From: Podarcis liolepis
Taxonomy: Eukaryota
Strand: one strand, 5' to 3'
NCBI GenBank assembly: GCA_965112155.1
Contig: OZ218114.1
DNA: 64,000 nucleotides
Shown here in pieces: positions 60,277-64,000 of the stretch. Position 1 is the stretch's first letter; every line of letters begins with the position of its first letter. A model generated the notes under the pieces. The model was not told the origin of the DNA and made no database searches. It saw only the letters and a program-made list of their open reading frames with translations. Position numbers and translations under genes: made by a program.

Positions 60277-63245
60277 TTGGAAACTCAATAGGTCCCACTC
60301 CCTTCTCTGAGCTGAATATGCCTTTCCATTGTTGAGTGGTTGAACAAAGTTCCCAGGAAAAAACTGGAGTACAGTTTTGATTTATTTTATTGCAGAAATG
60401 CCATGGTTGTCTTTTTAAAATGAAGGATGTCATATAGATGCAGAGACAGATACAGCACGATTAAGAGAGTTCATGGAGACACAAGGAAAATTGTGCAGGC
60501 AATATTCTATAACCATTTACTTAATAAGAAGTTAATTTTCCATGATTCTAGACAATTCAAGTCTATTGGGTAGCTGCCATTCACTAATGAAACACTTGTA
60601 TAAATATTTCATAAGATAATTTTGGTTACTTGGACCTTAGCTTCCTTCTGTTTTGCATCAAATCCCTTCCACATACACACACTCCACAAAGTCTTTATAG
60701 GCCTGTCTGTAAAGAATAATATTGCATGTAACCTGCAAAATAAAAAATGCAGTTAGCTGCTTGATCCATTGATGTAGGGGTGGTGGTGGGGAATTGGTGC
60801 CATGAAGGCAGGACTTGGGGACAGCAGGGCTGGTTTTACCACATCTTTAAGACATCTGGATCCCCTGCAATAAGTCTATTAGCTCTAAAATAACTGGAGG
60901 GAGGGGAAAGCCTACAGAATCAAGTTGAAACTGTTCTTTCTGATTCAGCCATCTGTTGAGGTGGCAAGTGACAGCAAGTTGTAATATGGGGTTTTAAGAG
61001 CAGCAGTTGCTAGTCAAGGAGAGCACAGATCAATGCGCCAACATCAAATGCTGCTTCTGCATGACATCTGTCAGAAGAAACTGTTGCTTCCCCCTCTTCC
61101 CCAGCCATAAGTGGCTGATGGTGCTCTTGTCTCTCTACTTGAGTAATTGCCCATCACGGCTCTTTCTCTCTGTCCATTAACTAAACTACCACCTTTCCCC
61201 CCATAACCATCCCTGCTGAAGGTGCTCAATGACAATTTCTCCGCCCCAACTCTCTGCTCGCATTGCCTGGGCCAGGATATGGGCATAAAGGGCCCAGTCA
61301 TGTCTGCTTGCTCCAATTCAGTTGATGTACTTAGACACATAGCAAACACCAAAGTGCTCTAGGCTCTCCTGCTTTTATGCCATTGGCATCCTTTTAAATG
61401 ACTGCACCAGAGAGACAGCATTTACTTGCATCTTATTTAAAGTATATGGTTTAGTGGCAGATGATAGTGCAGCATTAGAGAAGCAAGATTATCTGTCATG
61501 GGACTTGATTGGGAGTTGGTACCAGATTTCTAAAGTGCGCAGTTTTGGGGAGCTTGATGTGAGCCAGATTTTAGAGCAGAGATGGTGACCCTGTTACCCT
61601 CCTATAAGCCACTGTCAGCATGGCTAGTAGTTAACAGGCAAGGGGAGATGTAATCCAACAACTTCTTGAGAGCCACAGGTTCCCCATGCCTGGTTTATAG
61701 CATTAAAACAGGGGCTGGGAAATTGCTCAAATCACAGCTCTAGCTGTGGGTTCCTGTGGAGAGTCTTGGGCAATGTCCCCACATCATTCCTTTGTTCCCA
61801 GTTAATAATAATAGTTATTTGTTACAGTTTTTTTAATACCCTCCCTTTCAGAGCACAAATCCTTCCTTTCTGTAGTGACACCAGAAACGCATTAAAAACC
61901 TTAATAAGTCATATAAGCATATAAAAGTAATCAGGATCCTTCCCACCAGACAATTCCTGTGGGGAATTGAGGTTGTTAGCAGTTGTGCTGGTGCTTTGGA
62001 AACTCCTGCAATGACAATTGCTCTCCCTAGTTTAGTGAAAGGCCCATCCGAATACATGGGAGACGGGTTGAAAGATGTCAACTTAACTTTTTTTAAAGGG
62101 TTGTTTTTAAAATTGCTTTTGACCTAAGACTAGCAGGCTTTTAGGGAGCCTGACTGATGCTCTGCTTCTTGACAGGAGAAATTGTGGAAGGACCTGTCAT
62201 AAGGAGGAGTTACTCAGTAGCCTTGTAGCTCATGGAAGTGGTATCCCAAAGGATAGTGACACCCTGCTTGACTTGACTCAAGAGCAGGAATTCACCGGTA
62301 GTATAAAATCCCTCTTTTCTCCCTGAGCAGTACTGATTAAAGACAGTGTAGCACCCCCCTTCCTTTTTAAAAACTGCCTTAGGAAGTAAACATTAAATAA
62401 ACCAAAGCCCATTACTTGAACTTTGCCAGAGAGTGAATTATATTTGTTTGATCAGAGAGAGGAAATGGGACATATTTATTAACTCTTAAGTTTGTTATTG
62501 TTTTTAATTTTGCAGCAAATGCTACTTTTCTGTCTACCCTCACCACAGTTTCGAACTGCTGAGACTTTTGAGAGCATTTAGTAATGCCCTGATATTTGAT
62601 GCTCTTAATTAGTTTGGATTAATCAGCTCTTGTGAGCTGCCATATCGAGCCATGTGGGGATAACTGTTTTTTTGTGGTTGTGCTTTGCCTTTTACAAAGG
62701 AACATTTTGCACTGGTAAATGCTTTTATTTTGTTCAGTGGAAAAGCTTCTTTGTAGTGCTCAAGAGCTGGGGTGGAGAGACCTGCCTGTAGAACATCTGG
62801 GCCATCCCTGAGGAGCACCCATGACTTCTCCTTGCTTGGCAAAAATTGCAGGTAGCCATGTTGGGAGACATAATCACAAGAGAGTGCCTTTATTTGGGAC
62901 AAGCGAAAAAGGCACAAGGAAGCTGATCCATAAAGAAAGTGTTGAAACTCTTCATCAGGCTATGGCGGGGGGACGGGACAGAAAGGGGTGGGGAGGGGAT
63001 GTGTTTGAAGGACCTTAATCTTCCTACACATCTGAAGTTTGTAACAGCCTTAACATGGAGTAAAAAAGACGTTAGGTTTGACCAGCCTTAATAAAACAGA
63101 CAAACACACACAATTGAACCAAAGGTTACTGAGAGAAAGGCAATGGCCGGTTTCTTTTTGAAAATGTGAAAACTGCAGCAACTTGAATTCTGACTCCAGT
63201 ACTCCATGCTTAGAGGCAGAGGCAGCATGCCACTGAATACCATTA

Positions 63246-63486
63246 CAGTGATACCTCTGGTTATGAACTTAATTTGCTTTGGAGGTCCGTTCTTAAGCTG
63301 AAACTGTTCTTATCCTGAGGCACGCTTTCACTAACAGGGCCTCCCTCTGTGCACGCGCCTCCGGTACACAATTTCCGTTCGCATCCTGGGACAAAGTTCA
63401 CAACCAGGAGCAGCTCCTTCGGGTTAGCGGAGCTTGTAACCTGAAGCGTTTGTAACCAGAAGTGTTTGTAACCAGAGGTGCCACTG
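63246..63486 (-). mobile_element. Tc1/mariner (Tigger/pogo-like) MITE
   Basis: TA|CAGTGATACCTCTGGTTA ... TAACCAGAGGTGCCACTG|TA. Reverse-orientation relative of 5922-6144. Confidence 0.92.
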
Positions 63487-64000
63487 TACTGGGGAGGCTG
63501 TCCTTTCCTTTGTCCTGTCCTTTTGTGTGGGCTTCCTGAAGGGAAATGGTGGCTGTTGTGGGAGGCAGGGTACTGGACAAGATCGATGTTTTGTAAGAGG
63601 AATGTATATAAATACTTCTATAAATAAAAAATATACTTCATTTATTTCACATCTCCCTTTAAAGGTGTGCTTGCACACATGCACTCCTCTTGGTTACACA
63701 CTCCTTGTAATGAATCAAAACCAAGTCAAATGGGATTAACTCCTGGACTATATTTTGCAAACTGCTTCCAAATCTTGCTAGAGTTTCATTAGGGCTTCAT
63801 GGGCCAATATGGCTGGGGGAATGAGAGAGATCAGTTTGCTTAACCTCTGGTTTTCATGCCAGGTACCTTGACTTTTCTTTCCTCCCTTGATGGGAAGGCA
63901 CAAGAAGCTTGTGTCTTGATGGAACAGACACCCGTGAGAAAGTCTGTTCTTTTTAGCTTTTGCATATTCAGATGCCTACTGGTTTCTCTTCAGGCTGTTG

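Overview
This is non-coding vertebrate DNA, almost certainly from a squamate. The repeats (Sauria/Squam1 SINE, Squam3-like SINE, tRNA-Lys-head/CR1-tail SINE, CAGTGGTACC-type TA-flanked MITEs) suggest a lacertid lizard; that is an inference. I recognise no protein-coding exon. The supplied ORFs are short, lack recognisable domains, and often run through microsatellites or transposons. The one exception is a decayed L2 ORF2 remnant (LHWLP...FKVL). The window is a patchwork of SINEs, CR1/L2 fragments, hAT, Tc1/mariner and Harbinger-like MITEs, a probable solo LTR, microsatellites and one 140-N gap. Between these lie repeat-poor, motif-dense blocks that look like enhancers, so the window resembles part of a very large intron or gene desert. 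I did not find a demonstrable new biological system. The best leads are: (i) three plus-strand microexon candidates (6, 27 and 7/24 nt) and a recursive-splice-like site; (ii) a MITE whose interior is an alternating array of GC-rich hairpins, including a perfect 48-bp palindrome; (iii) a 5S-rRNA-derived SINE with four copies, two forming a close inverted pair; (iv) a POU/PBX-HOX enhancer-like block. Repeat family names come from recall of consensus sequences, not from a database search, and boundaries of old elements are approximate.
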